NCBI GenBank assembly: GCA_963784785.1
Contig: CAWASW010000007.1
Span: 2,394 to 66,393, forward strand
DNA length: 64,000 nt
Source: Candidatus Woesebacteria bacterium
GTDB taxonomy: Bacteria > Patescibacteriota > Microgenomatia > UBA8517
Reading direction: 5' to 3'
Positions 9,948 to 18,878 of the stretch are shown here, piece by piece (the stretch's first letter is position 1; every line of letters begins with the position of its first letter). The notes below the pieces were generated by a model, which was not told where the DNA came from, ran no database searches, and saw nothing but the letters and a program-made list of their open reading frames with translations. Made by a program: the position numbers and the translations under genes.

Positions 9948-11624
9948 ATGAATAAATCACTTGTGTTTATAGCAACGATTGCTACTTTCGTATTTTTTAG
10001 TCTTTATTTTTCAAAAGATTCTTATGCGTTAGACGATCAGTGTTCACAAATCCCATGCATATGTGAGGGATCTTGCATCAACATTGATCCGTGTATGTAT
10101 GCTAACCCACCTGCCAGTTGTAGAAATGTTGGAGATGGAAGAGCCGCCTATGTATGTCCTACAGGCTATCATCAGACATGTACCACGCCTGAAAAATATG
10201 AGTGTTTACAAACTAAAAACACAAACAATTATACCTGTACAGATGCACCGTATGTAGATGAATATAATACAGACAGGAGATATTCAGATACATGCACTCA
10301 GTATCAATCGTACTGTCAAACTAACTGTTCTTGTTGTGCAATTGGTAGCTCTAGGGTCTGCACACCTGGTGGAACCTATGATTTACCTGCATTAAACGCT
10401 AATGGTTCTTGCAATAATTTTGATACTAAACTTTTTTCATATCTAAATACTAATTATAAAGTGCCACAAGACTGTGAACATGTTTATATAGATGGGGTAT
10501 ACATGTGGGATAAATGCTATATATATCTTACTCGTTGCCAAACACAAAACTGCGCATGTACAGCAAGCTGCACAGATGTTGCACCAAGTAAACCAGTGTT
10601 AGTAACTCCTGCAAATAACGCTACACTATCTGCAACCAGTGTCACCCTTAAATGGAGTTGGCCAGCTGGTTCTATATGGGGGACTAACTGTTCAGGAGCT
10701 ACAAACAGGTTTAAGGTTTACGCGTGGGAAAATGGTAAGGCAGAAGTATTAAAAGCAACATATCAACCGGGAGTCTTACAATATGTTTTTCCTGTTAGTG
10801 GGGGGAAGACATACAATTGGAAAGTTGTTGCAACAAATGGTGCATCGGAGACGATCAGCGACGTTCGACAATTTACAGTTACTACACCAGCAATTCCCAG
10901 TTGGTGGCAAACAAAAGATGGAGACATAACCACTCCAAATGACATATCTTCAGAAATCTATACAGGATATTTGCTAGATGTTGCAGGAAACGGCGGATAT
11001 CCAGGACTACCTGTATATGGTGGGTCATTATCCAAAGGTCAAGGAAATATATCAATCAAACAATGGGAATCAAATGCCTCAATATCTAGCTCAAGAAATT
11101 TTAATTATTCATACTTTTCTAATTTAATTCCATCAGGAACGACTTTAAATAATATTTCTAAACTAGCAACAGGAAATACAGAAGTCTATACAGATGGCTA
11201 TGCGTGGTATAAAGCTTCAGGTGATGTAAACATCTCATCAAATATCGATTTCGGTGGTAGAAAAGTAATTCTATTTATTGAAAACGGAAGTCTCAATGTT
11301 GATGCAAAAATCAATCTAAATGACGGCGCAGGTTTCTTCGCAGTCTTCGCCGCAAAAGACATAAATATTGGAAGCACTGTTTCAGGTAGCCCAGCAATTG
11401 AAGGATTATATCTTGCCGACGGTGATTTTGTAATTGATGCTGCATCTACTCAATTTCATGCAAGAGGCTCTATTACAACCTTTGGAACAATAACAATACA
11501 GAGAAGCCTCGCAAACAATTCAACAGGCCCTTCAGAACTGTTTGAGTTTGCACCTGATCAATTGTTGATGTTTCCTGACAAACTTGGTTACAGAAGGCAA
11601 AGGTGGAGTGAAGTAGCTCCCTAA
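9948..11624 (+). CDS. secreted cysteine-rich protein with fibronectin type III-like domain
   Basis: Signal peptide MNKSLVFIATIATFVFFSLYF, about 30 Cys in the first 200 aa, then an FN3-like stretch (PSKPVLVTPANNATLSATSVTLKWSW...YNWKVVATNG) and a Gly/Asn-rich C-terminus. Confidence 0.55.
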   Translation: MNKSLVFIATIATFVFFSLYFSKDSYALDDQCSQIPCICEGSCINIDPCMYANPPASCRNVGDGRAAYVCPTGYHQTCTTPEKYECLQTKNTNNYTCTDAPYVDEYNTDRRYSDTCTQYQSYCQTNCSCCAIGSSRVCTPGGTYDLPALNANGSCNNFDTKLFSYLNTNYKVPQDCEHVYIDGVYMWDKCYIYLTRCQTQNCACTASCTDVAPSKPVLVTPANNATLSATSVTLKWSWPAGSIWGTNCSGATNRFKVYAWENGKAEVLKATYQPGVLQYVFPVSGGKTYNWKVVATNGASETISDVRQFTVTTPAIPSWWQTKDGDITTPNDISSEIYTGYLLDVAGNGGYPGLPVYGGSLSKGQGNISIKQWESNASISSSRNFNYSYFSNLIPSGTTLNNISKLATGNTEVYTDGYAWYKASGDVNISSNIDFGGRKVILFIENGSLNVDAKINLNDGAGFFAVFAAKDINIGSTVSGSPAIEGLYLADGDFVIDAASTQFHARGSITTFGTITIQRSLANNSTGPSELFEFAPDQLLMFPDKLGYRRQRWSEVAP

Positions 11625-11631
11625 TTGATTA

Positions 11632-12102
11632 TTAATAATTCCTAGAAATTATTTCCATACTAGTTGAGACAGATCCTTTCTCAACAGACGACGCTGTAGC
11701 ATCTTCAGCTGTCAAACTAACTTTTACCACAGCAGGGCTATTTAAATCAGTCTTAGTGCAGCTAAAAGTGCATCCTGTAACTGATACGTCACCAGAAGAT
11801 AATCTAGATGCTCCAGAGGCAATATAAGAGGAGATACAGCTGAAGGTACTGTCAATGCCTTCCGCTGTTGTATATTTCAAATTAGTTGAAGTTGAAGTAA
11901 CACAATCTACACTTTCAGAATTTCGGATTTGTCTTTCAATTACTGCTAAAGAATAATTTACGTTTTCGCGAACTCTAACTAAAGAATCACTTTTCTTACT
12001 AGATCGTAAAGTCAATGATATTGCACTTGTAGTAAGCACACCAATCACGGCAAATATAAATATCGCTATAAGTAATTCAATTAGACTAAAACCTTTTTTC
12101 AT
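11632..12102 (-). CDS. prepilin-type (pseudopilin-like) minor pilin
   Basis: N-terminus MKKGFSLIELLIAIFIFAVIG carries the class III signal G|FSLIE. Confidence 0.7.
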   Translation of the reverse strand: MKKGFSLIELLIAIFIFAVIGVLTTSAISLTLRSSKKSDSLVRVRENVNYSLAVIERQIRNSESVDCVTSTSTNLKYTTAEGIDSTFSCISSYIASGASRLSSGDVSVTGCTFSCTKTDLNSPAVVKVSLTAEDATASSVEKGSVSTSMEIISRNY

Positions 12103-12554
12103 ATTTTTTCTCTGATGTCGCTAAAGTTTGTTACAGATTTTGCTTCATGCTTTCCCTTTGAATCAGTCCAAGATGTAGTAACTGTTGCAAGAATTATATT
12201 TTTAGTGTCAATCACACTAGTTATAAAACTTAGGTTTCTAATAAACGAAGTTCCAGTAATAAATTCAGTAGCGCCACAAACTCCAGTATTTGACCAATTT
12301 AAGCTTGGATTATCAAGACAATATGTAGGAGAAGTCAATCTTTCTATAAACCACGCTGAGTCCTTTTCTCTTTCACTTCGTACCCATTCAATAGCCTCCT
12401 GAGAGTATCTACCCGCTAAGGTTTTATTTCTTGAAAAGAGAGAATTAGAAAGCGCAGTAGTAGATAAGGAAACTATACCCACTATAACCATCGAGATTAT
12501 AAAAATGGCGATGACTACCTCAAACATACTTTGGCCAATATTATTTTGTTTCAT
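12099..12554 (-). CDS. prepilin-like protein (GspI-like)
   Basis: N-terminal QSMFEVVIAIFIISMVIVGIVS; 4-nt overlap with neighbouring genes. Confidence 0.55.
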   Translation of the reverse strand: MKQNNIGQSMFEVVIAIFIISMVIVGIVSLSTTALSNSLFSRNKTLAGRYSQEAIEWVRSEREKDSAWFIERLTSPTYCLDNPSLNWSNTGVCGATEFITGTSFIRNLSFITSVIDTKNIILATVTTSWTDSKGKHEAKSVTNFSDIREKI

Positions 12555-13012
12555 TGTATTGCACCTCCAACAGCAACTAGTATTTTGCCGCTAGTCCCAG
12601 AAACGGCGTTTTGAATTGTTAATGTTAGCAAGGAAGCTAAGTCAGTCCCTTGGCCTAAAATTTTAAATTTTACGCTTCCATTTGATATGGTCGTATCCTG
12701 AGGCATAGTTACATCTTTTACAATTGATGTGACAGTGGCAGGGTTTATACATGTAGCAATAATTTGATATCCTGGTCCACTACTAGTAAAAGTATAACTA
12801 TCTAATTTTACACAGGTAACGTCAGATGGCTTTTGGCCAGACAATGAAAGCTGCTGAGCCAACCTTAAATCTGCCTTTACTTGTTTCAATATTCCAGTTA
12901 ATGCCTGCCTCCTTGAAAACTCTCTATATCCTGCAATACCTACACCAAAAACGATAGCAGTAATTGATATAACAATTAAAAGTTCAATTAAAGTATAAGC
13001 CTTATGAATCAT
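12551..13012 (-). CDS. prepilin-type pilin
   Basis: Probable start MIHKAYTLIELLIVISITAIVFG; the start was trimmed from 13051 to the ATG at 13012, which overlaps the stop of the next pilin. Confidence 0.6.
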   Translation of the reverse strand: MIHKAYTLIELLIVISITAIVFGVGIAGYREFSRRQALTGILKQVKADLRLAQQLSLSGQKPSDVTCVKLDSYTFTSSGPGYQIIATCINPATVTSIVKDVTMPQDTTISNGSVKFKILGQGTDLASLLTLTIQNAVSGTSGKILVAVGGAIQ

Positions 13013-13470
13013 GGATTTGTGATCTTGTAATTGCAGCCTGAACCACCGCATAAGCTACTTGCGCCACAATCAGAAATTGTTGTTAACTCTTGCTGTTCCA
13101 AAGAACTACACAACATATATCCATTTCCACTTACTTTATAGACGTAACTTCTGCTAGCAGCAATCGGATCGGAGGGTACTGAAGAGATATAAGTATTTGC
13201 TGCAGCGCAACTACCAACCCCCGTGCCGACTAATGCAGAAGTTGCGGCAGGCAACGCAGCAGGGTAACCATTGCAATCAGCTCTATACAATTCGAGACCA
13301 GCTTTAATAGATTCCAAGTCTGATTTTCGTCTTGCATCTCTTGCTGATTCTCTTGCACTAGACAATCCAAAAATAGAAACGGCAACAAGAACTCCAATTA
13401 TGGAAATAACTACTAACAATTCGATTAAAGTGAATCCTTTTTTCATCATAATTGCGTTAAAGTTGGACAA
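13009..13470 (-). CDS. type IV pilin
   Basis: MMKKGFTLIELLVVISIIGVLVAV, with the conserved segment ARESARDARRKSDLESIKAGLELY shared with neighbouring paralogs. Confidence 0.75.
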   Translation of the reverse strand: MSNFNAIMMKKGFTLIELLVVISIIGVLVAVSIFGLSSARESARDARRKSDLESIKAGLELYRADCNGYPAALPAATSALVGTGVGSCAAANTYISSVPSDPIAASRSYVYKVSGNGYMLCSSLEQQELTTISDCGASSLCGGSGCNYKITNP

Positions 13471-13940
13471 GTACTAGTTGTTGGTGCAGTTAATGATAAT
13501 CCCACTTTCCCATTCGAACAAACAACCATGTAACCAGTTTTTGCTTCCAATTTTGCTGACATAACATATTTTGTAGAAGTAGCTGTACCTGCAGTTCCAG
13601 TATCAGAAACATATTTATATGCGTATGTTGCGTCAGATGCATTTTTAGTATCTCCAGCACAGGCAATATCTGGCTCGAGTTTGCTATTTAGGTATCCGCA
13701 CAAATCAGTTACTGATTTGACGGCTGCATTTGTAGAAGGATATAAACCATTCGTCATATTGCCATACAATTCGAGAGATGTTTGATACTGTTTTAGATCA
13801 GATTTTCTTGCAGAATCTCGTGCTTGTTTTTGTGCTCCACCAAAAGAGACAAGAGCAATAGCTGCTAGTATTCCAATTAAGGAAATAACAACTAGCATTT
13901 CAATTAGAGTAAACCCGTTGTTTTTGTATTTCATATTCAT
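13446..13940 (-). CDS. type IV pilin
   Basis: KNNGFTLIEMLVVISLIGILAAIALV followed by QKQARDSARKSDLKQYQTSLELY. Confidence 0.75.
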   Translation of the reverse strand: MNMKYKNNGFTLIEMLVVISLIGILAAIALVSFGGAQKQARDSARKSDLKQYQTSLELYGNMTNGLYPSTNAAVKSVTDLCGYLNSKLEPDIACAGDTKNASDATYAYKYVSDTGTAGTATSTKYVMSAKLEAKTGYMVVCSNGKVGLSLTAPTTSTCPTLTQL

Positions 13941-13970
13941 AAATCTTATATCTTAAATCTTAAATCTAGT

Positions 13971-14381
13971 TTAAGGTTTGACTTCATATTTACAAGTACT
14001 TGCGCAAACTGACGTTGCTACTGTCTGGCACTTATCATCAGATTTATTTTCTAAGCAAGCTCTAAGTATATAGTTATCTGAATCAGTGTATGTATATACA
14101 TAACTCTGGTCAGACAGGGGATCGCTCGGCAATAAATTCATGTATGTAGTCGTCGATCCATCTGTCCATGCAGTACCAAAAGTTAATGAATTTGGGTAGC
14201 TTCCTTTATCATTATAATAAAGCCTTAGAGCTGTTTGAATATTTCTAAGATCAGACTTTCTGGAGGCATCTCTTGCTCTTTCTCTTGCAGAATTCATGTT
14301 AGCAATAACAAGTGTGGCTAAGACGCCAATTAACGAAATTACTACTAATAATTCAATTAAAGTAAAGCCTTTTTTGTTCAT
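13971..14381 (-). CDS. type IV pilin
   Basis: MNKKGFTLIELLVVISLIGVLATL followed by ARERARDASRKSDLRNIQTALRLY. Confidence 0.8.
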   Translation of the reverse strand: MNKKGFTLIELLVVISLIGVLATLVIANMNSARERARDASRKSDLRNIQTALRLYYNDKGSYPNSLTFGTAWTDGSTTTYMNLLPSDPLSDQSYVYTYTDSDNYILRACLENKSDDKCQTVATSVCASTCKYEVKP

Positions 14382-14403
14382 ACTATTTACTATACGCTAT
14401 ACG

Positions 14404-14856
14404 CTATTCGCTTGCACTAGTATTTGCACTAGTTACTGCAAAATTAGGATTCTGATTGCAATTGTTATCTATACAGTCCTTATCCTCTGTGTTCTCAAGT
14501 TTTGCAAATAATCTATATTTTTGATTTGTTGGAGTATCAGGATTTACATAAGTATATGATTGACCGTTTGTTGGGTCAGATGGTAAAACTTTAAAATAGA
14601 TTGTCCCTTTTGAATCTTTAAATTCATTTCCCCAAACGACAGCGTTTGTAGGAGGGTATTTTCCATAATCTGCGCAGTACAGTTCTAACGCATGAGAAAC
14701 TTGTTTCAAATCAGACTTTCGTTGTGCATCTCTTCCTCTCATCTGAGCACTAGTAAAACTACCAAGCCCAACTGCAGCAAGAACACCAATAATAGACATT
14801 ACTATCAAAAGTTCGACTAGTGTAAAACCATTCTTTAATCTAAAATCTTTAATCAT
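14404..14856 (-). CDS. type IV pilin
   Basis: Probable start MIKDFRLKNGFTLVELLIVMSIIGVLAAV, with the SD GAGGAAA 8 nt upstream; the track ORF extends to 14898. Confidence 0.7.
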   Translation of the reverse strand: MIKDFRLKNGFTLVELLIVMSIIGVLAAVGLGSFTSAQMRGRDAQRKSDLKQVSHALELYCADYGKYPPTNAVVWGNEFKDSKGTIYFKVLPSDPTNGQSYTYVNPDTPTNQKYRLFAKLENTEDKDCIDNNCNQNPNFAVTSANTSASE

Positions 14857-14860
14857 AAAT

Positions 14861-15346
14861 CTAGTTTCCTCTTCCATAATTACATATTTTTGTACCACAT
14901 TGCAAGTTTTTATTTACGATTGAAGGGGTGTATTCTGCTTCATCACGACCCTCAAGAGCAATGTATAGTTGATACTTTTTTCCGTCAGAAATGTATAAGT
15001 AGTTTGAGCCGTTTTTGTATTTTGGATCCCTTGGCATAAGGTTAACATTTTCAAATCTAGACTCACCCCACGTGCAGGTAGAAGCGTTTAGTGGATAGCC
15101 AGTTTTAGGGTCAGTAACAGGGTCTGAATTAAAACAACCTACAATGTTACCGTTATCAGAAAGGGGGAACATTCTATATTTTTGGTAATAAGTATCAATT
15201 GATTTCTGTATATATGACATGTCATTCTTCCTGACGCTATCTCTTCCACGTCTAAGCGAAATTGACAAATTGAATCCTGAAACGAAAAACAACACAGTTA
15301 AAATTATTGATATAAACTTAACTTCTAACTTAGTAAATTTTTTCAT
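14861..15346 (-). CDS. divergent pilin-like protein
   Basis: Start MKKFTKLEVKFISIILTVLFFVSGF is a degenerate GFTLIE-like leader. The following RRGRDSVRKNDMSYIQKSIDTYY resembles the pilin paralog motif. Confidence 0.45.
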   Translation of the reverse strand: MKKFTKLEVKFISIILTVLFFVSGFNLSISLRRGRDSVRKNDMSYIQKSIDTYYQKYRMFPLSDNGNIVGCFNSDPVTDPKTGYPLNASTCTWGESRFENVNLMPRDPKYKNGSNYLYISDGKKYQLYIALEGRDEAEYTPSIVNKNLQCGTKICNYGRGN

Positions 15347-15348
15347 AC

Positions 15349-15945
15349 TTATTGTTCCACACATTCATTTTCTGGTGCTTGTGGGGTGCCACATGATGTT
15401 AGACACCTAGTTCCAGAATAGTTAATGACACAACTTGGCATACCAGTATTTGGATTAATTACAACAGGTACGCATACTCCACTTTTACAGCCCACATAAT
15501 AATTGGCTGTGTTTTGAATATCCTCAATAGGTGCATTTGGGCTGGAATAAGAAAAGCTAAATGCTGCACTAGGCCCTATACCTTTTCTATAATCAACATC
15601 TGATTCGTTTTGTAAAACTGCAAAAAGTTTATACCATTTAGGACAACTTGATTCTTCCGGTTGATAATAATAGGAAGTTTTGGTTGTAGGGTCACAAGGA
15701 ATTTCGTTTAGATATGGCTTTAAATCAGTTCCGGGCTGGCACGATACAGAAGTGGGGTAGCAGTCTTTATCTTTTTCATATTCTTCAACAGCAATTCCAA
15801 TCCTCTTAACTTCAGTTTTTCTACGAGCATCATAACTTTTAAAGATTTGGGATCGTAAATAAATAGTAGTTAGAACTGCCAAAAAACCAAGTATAGAAAC
15901 AACTATCAGGATCTCAGTCAAGGTCATCCCTTTATTTAATTTCAT
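15349..15945 (-). CDS. prepilin-like protein
   Basis: Probable start MKLNKGMTLTEILIVVSILGFLAVL; the start overlaps the pilD stop by 4 nt. Confidence 0.6.
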   Translation of the reverse strand: MKLNKGMTLTEILIVVSILGFLAVLTTIYLRSQIFKSYDARRKTEVKRIGIAVEEYEKDKDCYPTSVSCQPGTDLKPYLNEIPCDPTTKTSYYYQPEESSCPKWYKLFAVLQNESDVDYRKGIGPSAAFSFSYSSPNAPIEDIQNTANYYVGCKSGVCVPVVINPNTGMPSCVINYSGTRCLTSCGTPQAPENECVEQ

Positions 15946-16631
15946 CTGTATATAAATAAAACTATCCAAAAGGCTACAATTAAAAATGGACCGAAGGCGA
16001 TCCTTGTTTTCATCCTAGCCTTCTTTAATAATAGCAATATTGAGGCAACAATTCCACCAATTATAAACGAAAGCATTAGCCAAGATAGTCCATTTGTCAG
16101 GCCAAGCCATATTCCTAAGGCTATTGCAAGCTTAACGTCTCCTAAGCCCATTCCACGGCCAAAGGTAGCTAAATGGATGCTTAGTAAGATTAGCGAGAAT
16201 AGAAACGCAGGAAACATAACAGTGAACAGTGAACTGTGAACCGTAAGCAGTCCCAACAACAAAATAAGCCATGATAGTTCATCAGGAATAAACTGATGCT
16301 CAAGATCGATTATCAAGACAATTAGAGAACTAGTGATTAGTAAATAGTAAACAACAGGAAATGAAAACAAATACAACAAAACAAAACCTAAAGCAGAGAC
16401 CAGTTCAATTAACGGATAGCGAATGGAAATTTTTTTAGAACAACAGCGGGATTTGCCTCTGTAAAATAGATAGGAGAATAGGGGAATATTGTCATACCAA
16501 TACAAATCTTTTTTGCATGAATCACAAAAAGAACGGCCATACACAAAATCAATTTTACGAGGAATACGATAGCTAACAGCAGAAATAAAACTTCCAACTA
16601 GTAAGCCAAAGAGAAATAATAAAAAAATCAT
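15942..16631 (-). CDS. pilD: prepilin peptidase (A24 family)
   Basis: N-terminal CxxC...CC zinc-binding segment (FCDSCKKDLYWYDNIPLFSYLFYRGKSRCC) followed by a multi-TM body, embedded within the pilin gene array. Confidence 0.8.
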   Translation of the reverse strand: MIFLLFLFGLLVGSFISAVSYRIPRKIDFVYGRSFCDSCKKDLYWYDNIPLFSYLFYRGKSRCCSKKISIRYPLIELVSALGFVLLYLFSFPVVYYLLITSSLIVLIIDLEHQFIPDELSWLILLLGLLTVHSSLFTVMFPAFLFSLILLSIHLATFGRGMGLGDVKLAIALGIWLGLTNGLSWLMLSFIIGGIVASILLLLKKARMKTRIAFGPFLIVAFWIVLFIYR

Positions 16632-16637
16632 TAGAAG

Positions 16638-17240
16638 TTACTCTGGGATACAGACGTAGCATCCAAGCGTTACCCAGTTTGCCGTCGAAGCATTACAAGA
16701 TGATGTTTCTGTTCTCGCACCTGTCGTGTCACTAAGAGTATAAACCTTGGTATCAGCCACAGCTTTTTCTCTTGTTGATTTGGCTAGAGGTATAAAACAA
16801 GCATATGTTGAAGCTGATGCGCCGGATGCCTTACCTATCATTATCTTCTGATCTGCAGTTCCAGTTGCACCTTTTTTGATAAAGTCTCTATTTTCAAATT
16901 CACTTTTCAATTCATTAGAATTTAATAACGTCCCAGGAGTAGTGCAATTTGCTGCACAAATTCCAACTTCGATATCTGACGCAGTTACAAAGCCAAATGT
17001 ACTTTCTGTTGTATAAGTACTCGTTTGAGTCATCCAAGGAAATTCGGATTTTGCAGCGAAATATCTATCAATCGCAGAAATTAATTGTCCGCCGTCTGCT
17101 TTGAAACGAGTGTCTCTTGCACGGTTAGATTGTTCAATTGGGTTAATTGCGGAAATAACTATTAAGGCGATAGCACCAAGAAGACCAATAACAATTAAAA
17201 GTTCTACAAGTGTGAAACCTCTTTTTGATTGATTTATCAT
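16638..17240 (-). CDS. type IV pilin (candidate major pilin)
   Basis: Probable start MINQSKRGFTLVELLIVIGLLGAIALIV, a short leader ending in G. A TTGACA-N17-TATTGT promoter-like sequence lies just upstream. The gene is first after pilC in operon order. Confidence 0.7.
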   Translation of the reverse strand: MINQSKRGFTLVELLIVIGLLGAIALIVISAINPIEQSNRARDTRFKADGGQLISAIDRYFAAKSEFPWMTQTSTYTTESTFGFVTASDIEVGICAANCTTPGTLLNSNELKSEFENRDFIKKGATGTADQKIMIGKASGASASTYACFIPLAKSTREKAVADTKVYTLSDTTGARTETSSCNASTANWVTLGCYVCIPE

Positions 17241-17461
17241 ATCTGTATTAACAATATGCTTATTAAAATTTCTTGTCAACTAGTAGTTTTTTTGAAAGGA
17301 TCAACAACTACTATATATAGAGTTATAAACACAATTAACACTGAGATAATTGGAAATAAATAGTCTTTTATCATTTTCGTTTTGCTATAAAATATATTCC
17401 TAATGCAAATAGTGAAGTGATTATCATCGCAAGAAAATATGTAGTTGAGATATCCATGTTT

Positions 17462-17665
17462 TTATTTTTTAGAAATAAAACTAATTCCTAGACTTAATAA
17501 TACAATACAAATGCCAATAGATCCAGATATTTGTAAAATAAATCGAGGTATATCTAGGACACCAATGAATAATGGGGCGATCACACCGGCCGTGAACCAC
17601 GCGATTGATAATCCATTTAGAAAATCCGACAAATATTTTCGTTGATCGAAATTATATTTTTTCAT
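17462..17665 (-). CDS. small membrane protein (67 aa)
   Basis: Two predicted TM segments, tightly spaced downstream of pilC. Confidence 0.35.
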   Translation of the reverse strand: MKKYNFDQRKYLSDFLNGLSIAWFTAGVIAPLFIGVLDIPRFILQISGSIGICIVLLSLGISFISKK

Positions 17666-17669
17666 TTAA

Positions 17670-18875
17670 CTAAAACTGGCTGGTCAAATTATAGATTGGC
17701 AAGATGATTGCAATGACAAGAAAGCCTACTCCAAGGCCCAAAAGCACCATAACAATAGGCTCAATAGCTGCTGTTAGGGTCTTAACTTTTTGATCAGACT
17801 CTGTCTCAAAAACATGGCTTACCTTTGATAGCACTTCTTCCATCTTTCCAGTTTCCTCACCAACAGCAATCATCTGAGACAAGATGAATGGAAAAACATC
17901 AGGATGTTTTGCAAAAGCAAAGGATACAGGGAACCCTTTTTCAACTTGTGAGGAAACATCCTTTAGTGCATTAGAGATAATTACATTATCTACAACTCCC
18001 GCTGTAATATTTAATCCTTCAAGAATAGATACTCCGGCTCCAGTCATTAAAGATAAAGTACTTGTAAGTTCAGTCAAAGCTACTTGTTTTTGCAATGGAC
18101 CAATAATTGGAACTTTATATAGCAATTCATCAGTTTTTAACCTACCTGAAACTGTTTTTCTATATGCTTTAAATCCATAAAAACCGCCTACCAAAACGGC
18201 CAAGGTTACTGGCCAGAATTTTATTACAGCGTCAGAGATACCCATCAATATTCTTGTAGGAAGTGGTAGTGTTGCATTAAATTCCGAATAAAGAGATGTT
18301 AATTTAGGAACGACAAAGATCATCATAATAACAGAGACTATCACCATACCAGTGACAATTATGGCAGGGTAGACAAGTGCACCTTTTACCTTTCCTTTAA
18401 ATTCTTGTTGTTTTTCCAAATCATCAGCAAGACGAACCAAGACAGTATCAAGTACTCCTCCTGCTTCTCCTGATTTTACTAATGCAATATAAGTGGGAGA
18501 GAAAATCTTTGGATGCTTCATGAATGCCTTAGACATAGACTCTCCACCTTCAACATCAGATAAAATTTGTGAAACTACTTTACCCATCGATCCCTTTGCT
18601 TGTGATCTCAAAATTAGTAAAGACTCAGTAACAGGCAGTCCTGCATTTACCATTGTGGCAAATTGGCGAGTAAATGTAGCAATATCAGATGGATTTATTT
18701 TGTCCTTCAAATTACGAATAAAAGTTATTGGATTTTCAAAAGCTACCTTGATAGACAAAACTAAAAGACCTTTACCCCTAACTAGTTTTGCAGCACTAGC
18801 TTCATCCATTGCCTCGACCTCACCCGATACAAGGCTACCTTCTTTATTTTTTGCTTTAAAAACAAAACGTTTCAT
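17670..18875 (-). CDS. pilC: type IV pilus platform protein PilC (GspF family)
   Basis: 401 aa with the GspF-type duplicated domain and three TM segments, adjacent to pilT and pilB. Confidence 0.85.
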   Translation of the reverse strand: MKRFVFKAKNKEGSLVSGEVEAMDEASAAKLVRGKGLLVLSIKVAFENPITFIRNLKDKINPSDIATFTRQFATMVNAGLPVTESLLILRSQAKGSMGKVVSQILSDVEGGESMSKAFMKHPKIFSPTYIALVKSGEAGGVLDTVLVRLADDLEKQQEFKGKVKGALVYPAIIVTGMVIVSVIMMIFVVPKLTSLYSEFNATLPLPTRILMGISDAVIKFWPVTLAVLVGGFYGFKAYRKTVSGRLKTDELLYKVPIIGPLQKQVALTELTSTLSLMTGAGVSILEGLNITAGVVDNVIISNALKDVSSQVEKGFPVSFAFAKHPDVFPFILSQMIAVGEETGKMEEVLSKVSHVFETESDQKVKTLTAAIEPIVMVLLGLGVGFLVIAIILPIYNLTSQF

Positions 18876-18878
18876 TGT

